Of a stretch of 64,000 nucleotides of DNA, positions 62,809 through 64,000 are shown in pieces. The DNA comes from a virus. Its lineage: Duplodnaviria > Caudoviricetes. Below the pieces are notes generated by a model. That model saw nothing but the letters and a program-made list of their open reading frames with translations. It had not been told where the DNA came from and did not search any database. The stretch's first letter is position 1; every line of letters begins with the position of its first letter. The DNA is taken from the IMG/VR virus record IMGVR_UViG_2920277478_000005, positions 687-64,686 of that record. One strand, 5' to 3'. Made by a program: the position numbers and the translations under genes.

Positions 62809-62896
62809 AAGTACATTATATCTATATTCAACATTTTTGTCAAACATTTGTTGATTACATTTGTTTGACACATTTGTTTAGTAATGGAGGATTCAG

Positions 62897-64000
62897 ATGC
62901 CGGCTTATAAGTATTTTACCAAAGATGGAAAGACAAAATGGTACGCCAACTTCTACTATGATGATTGGCTTGGCAAGCGTCAGCACAAATGCAAAAGAGG
63001 TTTTTCTACCAAAAAAGAGGCTATAGAATGGGAACGTGACTTTCTGGCGCAGGGAGCCAAGGATCCAGATATCCTGTTTTCTGCTCTGATCAAGAATTAC
63101 ATGCAAGACTGCAGCTCCCGGTTGAAGCTGACCACTTTGGAAAACAAGCAGTATCTGATAGACATGAAACTGCTGCCATTCTTTAAAGATATGAAGATCG
63201 GTGACATTACTCCAATCGTGATTCATCGGTGGCAAGATGCCATGATTAATTACAGGGATGAAAAAGGAAATCCTTATTCTCAGACGTATCTGAAGACCAT
63301 CAATAACCAGATGTCTGCTATCATGAATTATGCTGTCAAATACTATAAGCTCCGGAGCAATCCATGCCTTGCAGCTGGTGCGATCGGGAAAAGCAGCGCA
63401 GATGAAATGAACATCTGGACCAGAGAGCAATTTGACTACTTCCTTACCTTTGAAAAGAAAAGTGCGTACCGGATGGCGTTCAGCCTCATGTTCTATGGAG
63501 GACTCCGATCTGCAGAAGTTCTGGCTATTACTCCGGCGGATATCCTGCCGGACTGCTCCATATCAATTAACAAGAACTTTGTGGTTATAAAAGGCGAGCA
63601 ATACTTCCAGACACCCAAAACCGAAAAGAGCAAACGTGTCGTGAATATCCCGCAATCTCTGTATAAAGAACTTCAGGATTATGTTGCCAGCATGGCTATA
63701 GAACCAGATGAGCGTATCTTCTATTTTCAGAAATCCGGTATGCGGTCAGAATTTAAACGTGCAACTGCCAGATCTGGTCTTCCGGAGATCAGGATCCATG
63801 ATCTTCGCCATTCCCACGCAAGTATGCTAATTGACATGAAGTTTTCTATCAAAGAGATTTCGGACCGGCTTGGACATGAATCACCGGAAACAACCTGGAA
63901 AGTTTATGCTCATTTGTATCCAGGAAAAGACAGGAAGCTTGCTGACGCTCTCAATGAAGTAAGAGCCACAAATGATAATGCAGAAGATAAAAACGTATGA
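62897..64000 (+). CDS. int: Tyrosine recombinase / phage integrase
   Basis: N-terminal arm-binding domain; GLRSAE (R), PKT (K), HDLRH, RLGH, VYAHLY (Y). Confidence 0.95.
   Translation: MPAYKYFTKDGKTKWYANFYYDDWLGKRQHKCKRGFSTKKEAIEWERDFLAQGAKDPDILFSALIKNYMQDCSSRLKLTTLENKQYLIDMKLLPFFKDMKIGDITPIVIHRWQDAMINYRDEKGNPYSQTYLKTINNQMSAIMNYAVKYYKLRSNPCLAAGAIGKSSADEMNIWTREQFDYFLTFEKKSAYRMAFSLMFYGGLRSAEVLAITPADILPDCSISINKNFVVIKGEQYFQTPKTEKSKRVVNIPQSLYKELQDYVASMAIEPDERIFYFQKSGMRSEFKRATARSGLPEIRIHDLRHSHASMLIDMKFSIKEISDRLGHESPETTWKVYAHLYPGKDRKLADALNEVRATNDNAEDKNV

Larger units (their letters stand above)
1..64000 (-). mobile_element. Temperate myovirus-type prophage (near complete; att sites not seen in window)
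   Basis: Ordered integrase, CI/Cro, replication, terminase, portal, capsid, sheath, tube, tape measure, baseplate, holin and endolysin modules. Confidence 0.97.

Noticed and set aside
1-64000. Second VR, tRNA, rRNA or att core
   Set aside because: None found by eye; the window stops at the int stop codon, so att is probably outside. A computational scan could still find weak matches.

Overview
The window is almost entirely one temperate, contractile-tailed (myovirus-type) prophage of a low-GC Firmicute, probably Lachnospiraceae-like (inference from gene content). Right to left on the minus strand it runs: integrase and type I toxin locus, lysogeny switch, early/recombination/replication genes (fused SbcD-SbcC, replisome organiser, PcfK/PcfJ, DUF5131, RecU, beta-clamp), late regulator, a five-gene accessory operon, terminase/portal/head, sheath/tube/tape measure/baseplate, tail fibre, lysis, then a convergent amidoligase-GGCT module. 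Neither att site is visible. Two elements stand out. (1) A diversity-generating retroelement in the tail module: 110-bp TR (6399-6508) and VR (6650-6759) differ at 19 positions, all TR adenines. It has a 449-aa RT, no recognisable avd gene, and SK in place of the usual SQ motif. (2) A self-contained operon (33202-37693) of a sodium:solute symporter, two PP-loop (PAPS-reductase-like) enzymes and two ParB/Srx-fold proteins just upstream of terminase, a candidate import-and-modify system whose function cannot be read from sequence. All family calls are by motif recognition, without database searches.
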